A stretch of 64,000 nt of DNA from Malacoraja senta (GCA_038087875.1 CM075996.1:4590001-4654000), one strand, 5' to 3'. Counted from the first letter of the stretch, positions 22,969-36,304 are shown. Notes: generated from the letters alone by a model not told the origin. A program made the numbers and translations.

Positions 22969-24816
22969 GAGCATCTTTGTGCATTCATCCTTTTATAAGT
23001 CTCCAAAATAAAACATTACTGATGTAGGGAATTGTTTTTTTACCTTATGAAACGTGGTTAATTTTTTAGATAGACCTTTCATCAGAACCTCTTCTAACAG
23101 AAATAACGAGAACTAGAAGACAGGTTTAAGGTGAGGGGGGGGGGGGGGGAGAGATTTAATAGGTAACTTTTTACACAAAGGGTGGTGAGGGTATGAAACG
23201 AACTGCCGGAGGAGGTAGTTGAGGCACGTACTATCGCAACGTTTAAGATACATTTAAACAGGTACATGGATAGGTTAGGTGTATAGGGATATGGGCCATA
23301 GTGTTGTTGGGACATGTTCGGAAGTGTGGGCAAGTTGGGTCGAAGGGCCTGTTTCCACGCTGTATGACTGACTAATCCTAGGAAGGAAGAAAAATCAATG
23401 ATGACCTGGGATTAATGTATGAATGAATTAATAAGTTTATTGGCCAGGTATTCACATACAAAGAATTTGCCTTGGTGCTCCGCCCGCAAGTGACAACGAC
23501 ATACAGTGACCGTTAGGAATGACACATAAAACAGTAAACATTAATAGTAAAACATTATTGATTAAACATGTGAATTAAATAAAATACCAGAGCAAAAGGA
23601 GGCTACAGATTTTTGGTTATTGAGTAGAGCTACTACTCGTGGGAAAAGGGTAGTTTCCAAATACACAGGACAAGATGTTAAGAATCCAAAGTGCCAAATG
23701 TCAACTTGCTCCCGGTGGTGATGGGAGCCTTCATGCACTCACCTATGCTGGCACAGACTGTGGGCTGGTGGTCTAGTTTCCCTGCTGTATTTCTACCGCT
23801 CGGACATCTTCTGAAAGGTCTTTGAGCTGAAACAGGTGTCGCAGATGGCGTTTCAGTACTGTACAGTAACAAATTATGGCTACTTTGCTTGCAGGGCTAG
23901 GAATTTTCAATTAGTTGTTTGTTTGTGGGATCTTTTGCAGAAATGACTATTATAGTGGTCACGGTGCACAATTGGAGACCTGGAGCAGTGAGAGTAATTG
24001 TTTTAACGTAAAATGTAACCCCCCCCCCACCCATTTCCCCTCCCTCCCTGAAAGTGATTCGCCGCTCGATGTGTTGTTCGACATGCGCTTCCCCACCGTA
24101 ATTGACAGCACAAACCACCAACGAGGATCTGCTCGGCGTTCCCGCTTCCCAATTGTAAGGCTGGGTGAATAATAGGCGCTGATGGAGGAGCCGCACCAGC
24201 AGGTACGATGTGTAGTATCCGGGCAGCTGCGACTTTATGTCAAGATTGCAACTTCTTAAACCTGTCCAAAAAAAAAAAAAAAAACCCTGAAGGAAGGAGC
24301 CGCGGGCAAGTTTGCCTCAAAATGTACTGGAAAGCTGTGACAGAGGCAATCAGTTTGGAGAGCTGTAAGAATGCTTGCTGAAATAAATTTGGCGGAAAAA
24401 AACCCAACACCCCATCTCCACCACGGACTTTGACACAGCGTCACGAAATAGACATGAATAACATGCATTTTGAAAAGCAGCTTTTTAAAATGCAGGGGAT
24501 TTGTTGGCGAGAGTGTGGAGTGTTGCCCCTTTGGGAGTTGTGCAGACATGCACCCGGGACGTGTGCTGCATCGGGGTTTCCACAGAGTTGCTGCATTTCT
24601 TGGCAAGTGTTTCCACAGTTGAGTCTCGGCTGCAACTTATGTAACTAACTGGCCGGACCGCGGGGAGTTCTGCTCGTTTGGTCCCCCCCACCCCGGCTGG
24701 CTGCAGGCAGCATGCAAAGCCCCACCAAGTCTGCAAGGGTGAAATGAAGCAATTTGTCTCTCTTTTTTTGAGGCAACTCCAACTTTTACTCGATGGCTCC
24801 CAGTGAGTTTTCGGGG

Positions 24817-24945
24817 ATGATTTTTGTCGTCCGTCCACGGGCTTGCTTGAAGTTCCAGGCAAATGTCTTTGACAGGAGCAGGTGCCAGAACTGCTTCAAG
24901 CCCTTTGATCTCCATCGACAAGACTGCGGTCGCGATGACAACCAG
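24817..24945 (+). CDS. TRIOBP: First coding exon of a TRIOBP/MPRIP-family gene (alternative in-frame ATG at 24793)
   Basis: CLKFQANVFDRSRCQNCFKPFDLH...NQ|gtgata matches MPRIP exon 1 (CRKFQANIFNKSKCQNCFKPRESH); position after NOL12 favours TRIOBP. Confidence 0.72.
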
Positions 24946-25100
24946 GTGATACACGAGTCGAGCTTTAATCATTCATGTTTTATGTTGTATATTTTCAAAG
25001 AGCTCCAGTGATCAGCATGCAGGAGGTTCAAAGGGGCCCTCTAGTCTCTGGATCTGAAAATAAATGATAATAGTGATTGGGAAATAATAATGGTGCAACA

Positions 25101-25551
25101 AGGTTAATTCCCGGATGGCGGGACTCTCATATGCTGAGAGAATGGAGCAGCTGGGCTTGTACACACTGGAGTTTAGAAGGATGAGAGGGCATCTCATTGA
25201 AACATATAAATTGTTAAGGGCTTGGACACGCTAGAGGCAGGAAACATGTTCCCGATGTTGGGGGAGTCCAGAACCAGGGGCCACAGTTTAATAATAAGGA
25301 TTTAGCCATTTAGAACAGAGATGAGGAAACACCTTTTCTCACAGAGAGTGGTGAGTCTGTGGAATTCTCTGCCTCAGAGGGCGGTGGAGGCGGGTTCTCT
25401 GGATGCTTTCAAGAGAGAGCTAGATAGGGAGTATTAAAAATAGCGGAGTCAGGGGATATGGGGAGAAGGCAGGAACGGGGTACTGATTGGGGATGATCAG
25501 CCATGATCACATTGAATGGCCTACTCCTGCACCTATTGTCTATTGTCTATT
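25101..25551 (+). mobile_element. CR1/HER1-type LINE 3' fragment
   Basis: ORF2 C-terminal remnant and (ATTGTCT)n tail; near-identical to 28918-29311. Confidence 0.85.
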
Positions 25552-25990
25552 TATTATATTCTTTGTTTATCAAAGTCCTACCACATTGGGAAGAAGTTTC
25601 TCAAACTATGAGACATCGGTAGGGTAGAGAGTTAGAATCTTTGTCGCAGGTTGGAAATGTCAGATATTAGAGCACATAGTTTTAAGGGGAGAGGCAGAAT
25701 GTTTAATATTGTTTGAGTTGTCTTTAATCTAACTTTATCTTGCAATGAATGTTGCACCCTTCATCCTTCATCTGTGTATTGTGAACGGCTTGATTGTTGT
25801 CAGGGGTAGTCTTTGACTGGATAGCACGCAAACAAGCTTTTCACTGTACGTCGGTACATGTGATTAAAATAAAATAAAATGAACTAAATCTGCACTAAAA
25901 TGTGTCAGGCAAGTTATTCTCTACACAGTGGTAGCCACCTGAAACACAGTGCCAGGGAAGGCAGTAGAGGCAGATACAATGGCAATGTTT

Positions 25991-26120
25991 AAGGTAGACA
26001 AAAATGCTGGAGAAACTCAGCGGGTGAGGCAGCATCTATAGATGCTGCCTCACCCGCTGAGTTTCCCCAGCATTTTTGTCTACCTTCGATTTTTCCAGCA
26101 TCTGCAGTTCCTTCTTAAAC
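25991..26120. repeat. Penelope-derived fold-back element with a 96-bp spacerless palindrome
   Basis: 25991-26086 is self-complementary about CTATAG with one mismatch. Confidence 0.85.
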
Positions 26121-26994
26121 ATAGCAACGTTTAAGGTGATTTTTTTGACAGACACTTAAGCAGGCAGGGGACAGAGGGAGATAGAACATGTGCTAGCATC
26201 GTGGACAGTCCAGATATGGTGGGTTCAAGTGCCAGTTGCCGTGTGGTATCGTTCCGTGTTACCAAACTTTGCTGAGTGGCACACTGGCGCAGCGGTAGAG
26301 ACCTGGGTTCAATCCTGGCCTCGGGTGCCGTCTGTGTGGAGTTTGTCCGTTTTCCCTGTGACCGCAGTGTTCTCCTCTGGGTGCTCCGGTTTCCTCCCAC
26401 ATTCCAAAGATGTGTGGATTTGTATAGTTAACCGGGATCTGTAAATGATTCCCAACGTGTAAATGAGTAGATGGAAATGTGAGATAACTTTGACCTAGTG
26501 TGCGAATGGGTGATTGGTGGGTGGCGAGGACTCTATGGGCCAATGGGCCTTTTTCATAGAAACATAGAAAATAGGTGCAGGAGGAGGCCATTCGGCCCTT
26601 CGAGCCAGCACCGCCATTCATTGTGATCATGGCTGATCGTCCCCTATCAATAACCCGTGCCTGCCTTCTCCCCATATCCCTTGACTCCACTAGCCCCCTA
26701 GAGCTCTATCTAACTCTCTCTTAAATCCATCCAGTGACTTGGCCTCCACTGCCCTCTGTGGCAGGGAATTCCATAAATTCACAACTCTCTGGGTGAAAAC
26801 GTTTTTCTCACCTCAGTCTTAAATGACCTCCCCTTTATTCTAAGACTGCGGCCCCATTCAGTATCTTTCAATCAATCAATAAATATTCTAAGAAATGTTG
26901 TAACATTGCTTATAGCCCTGTGGAGTGTGAAGTTGCAGCAATGCAGGGGATGAAGCAACTCATGATCCAAGCTGGTATTTATGTTTTTCTCATT

Positions 26995-27300
26995 ACTACT
27001 CTCCTCTCCACTCCGAAATCAAACCTCTGCACTTTTGGAGGCAGAGCCTTCTCCAGGGCAGCTCCCAGGCTCTGGAATTTCCTCGCACAACTGATCTGAA
27101 ATTCTGAGTCCCTCACCATCTTCCAGTCCCGCCTCAAGACCCATCTCTTCACCTCTGCATACCCTTAGTCCCATGCCCCCCTCCCCTTTGCATCTCTGTC
27201 TTACTGCTCTATTTTGTTTTGTTTATTCTTGACTCTCAATGTAAAGCGACTTTGAGTCCTTGAAAAGCGCTATATAAATAAAATATTATTATTATTATTA
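26995..27300 (+). mobile_element. L2-type LINE 3' fragment
   Basis: GGRAFSRAAPRLWN..LKTHLF remnant and (ATT)n tail. Confidence 0.75.
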
Positions 27301-27910
27301 CTGTTGATCTAAAGTCATCAGGCAGCCTCGCGATCGTTTCCCTCTTAAACTTTTACTTAAATGTACTAACTTCTATGAACGCACATAATGCAATGTAAAC
27401 CACTCTCTGGGTAAATAAATCCCCTGAAGAGACCTCTGGATTTATTGGTGATCTTCCCACCTCCTCTTGTGTCACCCATCTCCCGCAACCTGACATGCTC
27501 CAGAGAAAACGATCTAAGTTTATCCAACCTCCTTATAGCTATTACCCTCCATTCTGGTGAAATGGAGAAACAAGGAGCTGGTTTACAAAAAAGTGCTGGA
27601 GTAACTGAGCGGGTCAGGCAGCATCTGTGGAGAACATGGATAGGTGACGATATGGGTCGGGACCCTTCTTCAGACTGACTGTGTTGGCCCATCTTGCCCA
27701 TGCCAACCAAGATGTTCCATCAACGCTGGTCGCACTTGTCTGCGTTGGCCCCATATTCCTCTAAACCTCTCACATCCATGTACATGTCTAATAAATGTTG
27801 TTATTGTACGTTGGTTGTGACATATTGCTGGGGCAATAGAGCTGTGTTCTGTTGCGTTTTATTTGTATGACTGACTTGGCAAATGAAATTCCTCGCATGT
27901 TGCAAAACAT

Positions 27911-28340
27911 ATACTCGCTAGAATTTAGGAGATTGAGAGGGGATCTTATAGAAACGTACAAAATTCTTATGGGGTTGGACAGGCTAGATGCAGGAAGATT
28001 GTTCCCGATGTTGGGGAAGTCCAGGACAAGGGGTCGCAGCTTAAGGATAAGGGGGAAATCCTTTAAGACCGAGATGAGGAAAAACTTTTTCACACAGAGA
28101 GTGGTGAATCTCTGGAACTCTCTGCCACAGAGGGTAGTTGAGGCCAGTTCATTGGCTATATTTAAGAGGGAGTTAGATGTGGCCCTTGTGGCTAAAGGGA
28201 TCAGGGGGTATGGATAGAAGGCAGGTACAGGATACTGAGTTGGATGATCAGCCATGATCATATTGAATGGCGGTGCAGGCTCGAAGGGCCGAATGGCCTA
28301 CTCCTGCACCTATTTTCTATGTATCTATGTATCTATGTAT
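27911..28340 (+). mobile_element. CR1/HER1-type LINE 3' fragment
   Basis: Open ORF2 C-terminus YSLEFRRLRGDLIETYK...GIRGYG plus tail. Confidence 0.88.
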
Positions 28341-28917
28341 ACTTGGCTAATAAAGTATTATTGTATTGTCACATGTCGCCTGGTGTTCTTAGAGTAACTT
28401 TGCAAAGTAAACTGAATTCCAAAGAATGCCACTGTGGAGGGAAGGAAATAAATAACCAACTTATTTTTTGTAAATAAATGAACTTAAATTGAAGACCCAA
28501 GAGACTGCAGATGTTGAAATCTTGAACGAAGAGTTGGATGAACCTAGCAGGTCAGGCAACATCTGTGAGGGAGAAATGGATAGACGACGTTTTGGGTCGA
28601 GACCCTTCCGCAAGGATCCGCATGTTTGATTTGCGATGAGTGTGTAGAACTTTGTACAACTCTCTGACTCTTGGGAATCCAGGGCCTAATCCAGGTGGAG
28701 AAGAAGCATTCGGGATGGTCTTGGGAACCTCGAGTCCATGCGTTGAGAGTGACCAGAAGCTCTGCCTACATGGCATCTCAGAAACTGCAAATCCACCCAA
28801 CCTCTCTGCCTGCTCATTCCCTCACTGGCCTCATCATCTAGCTCAGGCCCCACGGAACCCATGAAGAAGGAAACCGTCCTCCACTCCAAGGGACTGCCCG
28901 AGACGGAAGCAAGAAGA

Positions 28918-29311
28918 TTAGAAGGATGAGAGGGGATCTCATTGAAACATATAAGATTGTTAAGGGCTTGGACACGCTAGAGGCAGGAAACATGTTCCCG
29001 ATGTTGGGGGAGTCCAGAACCAGGGGCCACAGTTTAAGAATAATGAGTAAGCCATTTAGAATGGAGATGAAGAAACACTTTTTCTCACAGAGAGTGGAAT
29101 TCTCTGCCTCAGAGGGCGGTGGAGGCCGGTTCTCTGAATGCTTTCAAGAGAGAGCTAGATAGGGCTCTTAAAAATAGCGGAGTCGGGGGATATGTGGAGA
29201 AGGCAGGAACGGGGTACTGATTGGGGATGATCAGCCATGATCACATTGAATGGCGGTGCTGGCTCTAAGGGCCAAATGGCCTACTCCTGCACCTATTGTC
29301 TATTGTCTATT
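28918..29311 (+). mobile_element. CR1/HER1-type LINE 3' fragment
   Basis: MRGDLIETYKIVKGLD ORF2 remnant and tail. Confidence 0.85.
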
Positions 29312-31313
29312 TCAGTTTACCAGCTGTGATGAGGCAAAGTGCTTGAGGAGTCGACTACCCCATGTGCAAAGATTGCGAGACAAAGTCCTAGCTGGGTGAA
29401 GGGTTTGAGCAAGGACATTGAGTAAGCCGAATGGTGACAATGAGACCGCGATGTCGTTTGCCGGAGGAAAATATCTTTGACGGGAAATTGAATTTAAAGG
29501 AAACTGTCGCCAGGAATTCTGAGCTAAGAAAATATTACTGTATTGGTGAGACTGAGTTGGGGAGAGGAAGTTTCTGATGAGTGGAATGTATGATGCACAA
29601 AGACAGTTGTCCCTTCACCGAGTGATTTCAGAGAGCCAGTTGCAACCTCACACCATCATTGGATCAAATATCAAAGTAACCAGCTTTGCGCAAAATGTAA
29701 ATATTATGGGACGCGATCGCTGTGCAGAATGTTGAATTGGCTGCAACATTCTTCAGATGCCGCAAATGTACACTCTTTTACCCCGGGTAGGAGGAATCAA
29801 ATACAAGTGGGCACATGTTTAAGGGTGAGAGAGGGGCAAGATTTAACGCGAGCCCAAGGGGCAACGTTATCACTCGGAGGGTGGTGGGTTAATGGGACGA
29901 GCTGCCAGAGGAGGTAGTTGAGGCAGATGCTGCAACAGCATTTCAAAGACATATGTGCAGGTAGATAGACAGGAAAGGTATAGAGGGATATATGGGCCAA
30001 GAGCGGGCAAATGGGACTAGCTTAGATGGGGCATCTTGGTTGGCATGGACGAAGGGACTGTTTCTGTTCTGCATGAGTCTATGACTAAATCAAATGCTGA
30101 CAAGCTGACGAGTCTTTGTGATTCTGAAGGAGTTCATTAGAACGATTTGATTGTGTTCCTTTGTAAGTCGCCTTCCCTAATTCCCCATTGAGATCTGGCA
30201 GGGGGTGCATGGGGTTATTTTTTAAAAATCTTAGAGTGTGCCACTCATTGTATGTTGAATGTATAGACAACTATTTGCAGCTTTGTCTGAGATTTGCGTG
30301 GAGCTGTGCTCTTGCTCACTCAAAGGAACAAACAAATTAATAAGGCTTCCCTGGACAGATTCAGAAGAAAGTCTCACAGTGCGAGCTAGCGTATTGTGCT
30401 TGAACATGCGCCAACTCGGGTTTAAGATGTTTATGTAAAAGGATTAAATACTAATTACTTTCGCAAAGCCAGTGGTGGTATTTGGCTGGGGAATTGAAAT
30501 CTTGAAAAGCAAACAGTAGTCTGGTGGAATTCAAGATTCAACAGAAACCACATTAGGACCGTAAATTGGATGAAATGCACCTCATATTCCGCTTGGGCAG
30601 TCTACATCCTGGGGCTTGAACATTGAATTCTCCCAATTCTGCTAGCCCTTGCTGTCCCCTCCCCTTCATCAGCCCTCTGGTTGTCTCCTCCCCTCCCCCA
30701 GCCCTCGGGCTCCTCCTCCGCCTTTTTCCTTTTTTCCTTTCTGCTCCCCACCCCCTATCAGTCTGAAGAAGGGTTTCGGCCCGAAACGTTGCCTATTTCC
30801 TTCGCTCCATACATGCTGCTGCACCCGCTGAGTTTCTCCAGCATTTTTGTGTACCCACATTAGGACTTATTGGCCCAATGTGCTTTGATGCAAGCTGTTA
30901 TTAATGCGCAATTTCTGCCTGCAAATTTAGAGGATTATAAGCAATTACATTGTCAGCCTTCAGATTGATTCATTCTATTTGCTTTCCACAAACCGAATGT
31001 TGCCATTTTTGCCTCGCTGTGTTTTATTTAAAAAACTTGCTTCATTGTGTATTAATTGTATAATAATTCCCTATTAAATTAAGGTTAGGACTTGCTCTTA
31101 GTGTCGTAAGCGCCCTCGTAATCCTGTGATAATTAATGCACTGCCAATCGAACGCGGACGGGAAAAGTTTAACTCGTGGAAGCTCTTTGCTGCGAGTCTC
31201 AGATTATTCTTAGAAATGTCAAACATGGCACCAGTATGGTACATGAGAGGAGTTGGGGGGGGGGGGGGGGGGGGCTACCTGGACCCTTGCATTCACGCTG
31301 GCTTCTAGTAGAG

Positions 31314-31534
31314 CTGGGGTTCCCAACCTTTTTTGTTCCGTTTACCCCCTGGCAACTTTTCGAAAGTAAGTTTACCCTCACGCTGTTTTGTTCAGTAATT
31401 TGAGTTTACACTTCTTACTATAATAAAGCAACCGGCAAAGGGGACATTTTAAAATACTGTTTTTAACAAATCCAGAATCAACAAATTTACCCCCTGGGTA
31501 GGTGACATTTACCCCCCCTGGTTGGGAACCCTTG
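31314..31534. mobile_element. Older hAT MITE
   Basis: TIRs CTGGGGTTCCCAACC / GGTTGGGAACCCTTG; degenerate 8-bp flanks TAGTAGAG / TTGTCGAG. Confidence 0.7.
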
Positions 31535-32860
31535 TTGTCGAGCAATCCAGTGTGTGGGGGAAATCATTGTACACTATTTGATATTGTAGACGGCTATTTC
31601 TATTGTTCAGATTGCAATGGAGAACAGAAATGGGATGAATGTAGGGCTGGTGTAAACAGCTGTCTGATGGTCGGCACAGATCCAATGGGCCGAAAAGGCT
31701 TGTTTCTGTGCTGTATCTTTCAATGAATGGTGTCCCACCGCTCGAGTCTCTCCGCTGAGTATGAGATAGAGGAGCAGACTTTTTCCAGGGTGCAAATGTC
31801 AAAGGTCGGAGAGCGGAGCTTTACGGTGAAAGGGGCAAAGTTCAAAGGAGAAATGCGGGTCAGATTTTTTTTTTCCAGACAGAGTGGTGGGGGTGTGGAA
31901 CACGCTGCCTGGTGTGGTGGTGGAGGCAGATACGATAGTGGCATATCGAAAGCCTTTGCGTAGCCACATGGATATGCAGGGAATATGGATCACGTGCAGG
32001 CAGAGGCGATTGATTTAACTTGACATAGTGTTCGGCACGGACATTGTGGGCCGAACAGACTGTTCCTGTGCTGTTCTGCGTAATATGGAGGTTGGAATGG
32101 AAAGGGGAAATGCTGGCCAGTGTCCACAAACTGCTTGGCTGGTGCTGAAGATAGACACAAAATGCTGGAGTAACTCAGCGGGACACAGGCAGCATCTCTG
32201 GACAGAAGGAATGGGTGACGTTTCGGGTCGAGACCTTTCTTCAGACTTGGCTGGTACTTGTGCAGATCTGAGCTGTCACGTTATAACACACAGACTGGTC
32301 ATAAAGGGTTGTTTTTATTCACACCAGCACCAAAACACAGCGTCCATCTTGTCTGAATGAATGCAAGCCTTGTTCTCCACTAATGACTATGTAGGCTCCT
32401 GTACGGAGTTTGTATGTTCTCCCTGTGACCACGTGGGCTTTTCTCCCAGTGCTCTGGCTTCCTCCCAGATTCTAAAGATTCAAGAGATTCAAGAGAGTTT
32501 ATTGTCATGTGTCCCAGAGAGGACAATGAAATTCTTGCTTTGCTTCAGCACAACAGAACATAGTAGGCATGAATAAATACAGAACAGATCAGTGTGTCCA
32601 TGGACTTGCAAGTTTGTATGTTTGTTGGTCTATTGGCAGAAAAACTGTCCCTAGTGTGCAGGATAGAACTAGTGAATGGTCGATCGTTGGCTTGTTTCCA
32701 CACTGTATCTCCAAACTAAACATTTAAACCAAGCTAGGCACTGTGTGACAGGTGCTTAACTTCACTTGACCCTGCTTCTGAGTTTTAAGTTTACGATGTT
32801 AATTTATAATCTCTAAAGCAGCTGCTAGCTAGCATGACTAGTTTTGGAGGTAAGTTTTAA

Positions 32861-32893
<33 letters not shown>

Positions 32894-33759
32894 CATTTTA
32901 TTTACTGGCGCCTTTCTAAAACCCAAGGACACCTTACAATGCATAGAATCACAAAAAAAAAAATACAAAACACATAATCGGAATAAATTAAATATAAAAA
33001 CACCACAGTACACAAATCAAGGACAGAATTCAATTTCAAGAGCACCAAAAGAAAATAAGAAACACAATTTGAGGAGAGAGCAGCGGCGACCAATTCGCGC
33101 CAGCGTCCACTCTCCCCTCCGACCGCCATCTTGTACACGGACTAACAGGCACAGGACTAAATAGCGCTGGTGCAGTTCGGATGGAGCTCCACATCGCAAC
33201 GTGTTCTATCTGTACATCGCAACATGTTTCATCTTGCTGCGTGTGTAAAGCATCCGTGCGCAGTGATACCTGAGGCTCGCTATTGAGTGAACCAAAAATA
33301 AATCAGTCTGAAGAAGGGTTTCGGCCCGAAACGTTGCCTATTTCCTTCGCTCCAAAGATGCTGCCGCACCCGCTGAGTTTCTCCAGCATTTTTTGTCTAC
33401 CTTCGAATTTCCAGCATCTGCAGTTCCTTCTTGAATAAATTGGAACTAATGGCCCAAATCTTGCCCGAAGGTGAACGCTGTCACAGTCCTTTAGCTCGAA
33501 GGCATTTTTGCCCTGTGACTTGCTGGGAATCCAAGCTGCTAAAGCAACACCAAGTTAATGAGTAACTTGATGCTCCAGTTATAATGGTGTATCTGGAAGC
33601 CAGTTTGTACTCATCCACGGTTGCCTTTGGGAAGGAAGTGATGAAGCACCCTAGTCTTCTGGTGATGGTGATGGTGATGGTGATGGGTGGGCCCTGCTGC
33701 ACTATTGGGTACAGCACCAAAACACGGCATCCATTTGCCTGCATGAATGCCTACTTCTA

Positions 33760-34345
33760 GATCCTTGCACCTCCTCCAACCTCATCTACTCTATCCCTCG
33801 TTCAAGATGTGGACTCGCATACTTCGACCAAACGTAGACTGGGCGATCATTTCGGTGAACACCTTCGCTCAGCCCGCCTGATCCTACCTAATCTCCCGGT
33901 TGCTAAACACTTTAATTCTCCTTCCCATTCCCACGCTGACCTTTCTGTCCTCGGCCTCCTCCATTGTCAGAGTGAGGCTAAACGCAAGTTGGAGGAACAG
34001 CACCTCATATTTCACTTGGCAGCTTATAGCCCAGTGGTATGAATATTCATTTCTCTAACTTCAAGTAACCCCGGCATTCCCTCTCTCTCCGTCCCTCCCC
34101 CACCCAAGTCGCACCAGCTTCTCATTTTCACCCAACACACAGCTAACAATGGCCTGTTTCCTTTATCATCATTACTATTTTGCATATCTTTCATTCATTG
34201 TTCTTTATCTCTCTGCATCATCGTCTATATCTCTCGTTTCCCTTTCCTGTGACCGTCAGTCTGAAGAAGGGCCTCGACCCGAAACGTCACCCATCCCTTC
34301 TCTCCAGAGATGCTGCCTCTCCCGCTGAGTTACTCCAGCTTTTAC
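33760..34345 (+). mobile_element. Penelope-like element 3' end (GIY-YIG remnant, pyrimidine-rich UTR, terminal repeat); similar remnants near 1550-2070, 12715-13190, 30570-30855, 62630-63145
   Basis: TSSNLIY..TKRRLGDHFGEHLRS..LPVAKHFNS..H..RKLEEQHLIF is typical of the PLE endonuclease region. Confidence 0.82.
34256..34292 (+). ncRNA. Minimal hammerhead ribozyme-like motif in PLE terminal repeat
   Basis: CTGAAGA-A-GGG..CCC-GAAA-C-GTC; helix I is weak. Confidence 0.5.
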
Positions 34346-34499
34346 CCAAATGTTTTTTTTAATGTTGTGGAAGTACCTGCCTCAACTACCTCCTCCGGCA
34401 GCTTTGTGTAAAAAGAAAGTTGCCTTCCAGGTGCCTATTAAATTCCCCCCCCCCCCCCCCCTCTCACTCTCACCTTAAACCTAACTTATGTCCACTGGT

Positions 34500-34743
34500 G
34501 TTTAAGAAGGAACTGCAGATGCTGGAAAATCGAAGGTAGACAAAAGTGCTGGAGAAACTCAGCGGGTGCAGCAGCATCTATGGAGCGAAGGAAATAGGCA
34601 ACGTTTCGGCCCGAAACCCTTCTGGAAATAGGCAACGTTTCTGACCGAAACCCTTCCGGGTTTCGGCCCGAAACGTTGCCTATTTCCTTCGCTCCATAGA
34701 TGCTGCTGCACCCGCTGAGTTTCTCCAGCACTTTTGTCTACCT
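34500..34743. repeat. Penelope-derived fold-back element
   Basis: Long inverted arms around repeated GGGTTTCGGCCCGAAACGTT units; flanks TATGTCCACTGGT / TATGTTCACTGGT. Confidence 0.8.
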
Positions 34744-36304
34744 ATGTTCACTGGTACTTGGTTCGCCCACCCTGGGGGAGAAGATCTATTCCCTTGAGAA
34801 GGTGGGATGGGCTGACACTTGAAGATGACGTTCCTGGGATCTGCTGAGCAGGAGCTTACGCGATCCAGGCTGCGTGAGAATAAAGAAGCCTTGTCGGGTC
34901 TCCAAGCCGGGGAGGTAATGGAGGACTTATAAAATAGTCATGACCTACATCAGAGTTGGCTCCGAGCGTATTGGATTACAACGTTGTTCAAAGTGAGATA
35001 TCATGGGTTAGTGTGGGACAATGGAAGCTGTTGAGCGATATGTAACAGGTTAGTGCTTCTGATATTCTGGGCAAACTGGATTGTGATGAGTAGAGGGCTA
35101 CATGCCGGAGTCTTTGAGTGCAACTGAAATATGTAAGGGGGGGGTGGGGCAGGTCTGTCTATTTTTAGAACAGACAAGTTTAGTTAGAACTGAGATGCAG
35201 TGTTTCAGAAAATAGACACAAAAAGCTGGAGTAACTCTCCGGAGTGTCACCCGCTGAGTTACTCCAGCTTTTTGTGTCTATCTTCGGTGTAAACCGGCAT
35301 CTGCAGTTCCTTCCTACCTGTGCTGTGTTTCGGATGCGCGTTTTAGCAAAAAATATCTACCTTGTTTCTTCACCCTGCCTCAGTTTAATGTGCGTTGTTT
35401 AAACCTTCCTTTTGTGTTGGCATACCTTTGTGTTTGGGCAGCACGGTGGAGCAGCGGCAGAGCTTACAGCAACAGGGTTTGATCCTGACTATGGGTACTG
35501 CCTGGATGAAGTCTCTACCATCTACTTGTGTGCTCTGGTTTTCTCCCACATTCCATAGACGTGCGGGTTTGTAGATCAACAGGCCCTTGTACATTGTCTC
35601 TAGTTCACAAGTTATAGGAGTAGAATTAGGCCATTCGGCCCATCGAGTCTACTCCGCAGTATGTAGGATATAACTAGTTTGTGGTCGGTGGAAAATCCGT
35701 GGGCCGAAGGGCCTGTTTCCACACTGTATCTCTCTAAACTGAATTAAGCTAAACTAAAAGGCCAGTGTACCACCAACCCCCTCTCTAAGGATAGAGGTTC
35801 AGGTTAGGGCCCAGTAATGCCCTTGTTTTCGGTGCTCGGAGTGAGATTGAGCCTGAAAAAGGGTCTCGACCGGAAACGTCACCCATTCCTTCTCTCCAGA
35901 GATGCTGCCTGTCCCGCTGAGTTACTCCAGCATTTAATGTCTATCTTGAGTGAAATCGAGTGAGGTTCATTTATGCCGTCCTGCCTCTCATCGCCTGTGG
36001 TGCGATGAGAGGCAGGAGCCGTCTCATACTGCTTGCTTCTCGAGCTGTGATTATGTGTCTTGAACAGAGTAGTCGCTGCCTCAAAAAGGCTGGCAGCATC
36101 ATCAAGGACCCACACCATCCTGGCCACACACTCATCTCTCCGCTACCTTCAGGTAGAAGGTACAGGAGCCTGAAGACTGCAACGACCAGGTTCAGGAATA
36201 GCTACTTCCCCACAGCCATCAGGCTATTAAACTCAACTGAAACCAATATCTGAACATTAATAGACCATTATCTGTTTATTTGCACTTTATCAGCTTATTT
36301 ATTG

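Noticed and set aside
32844..33164. Poly-Ile ORF
   Set aside because: Translation of the (TAA)n tail of a retroposon.
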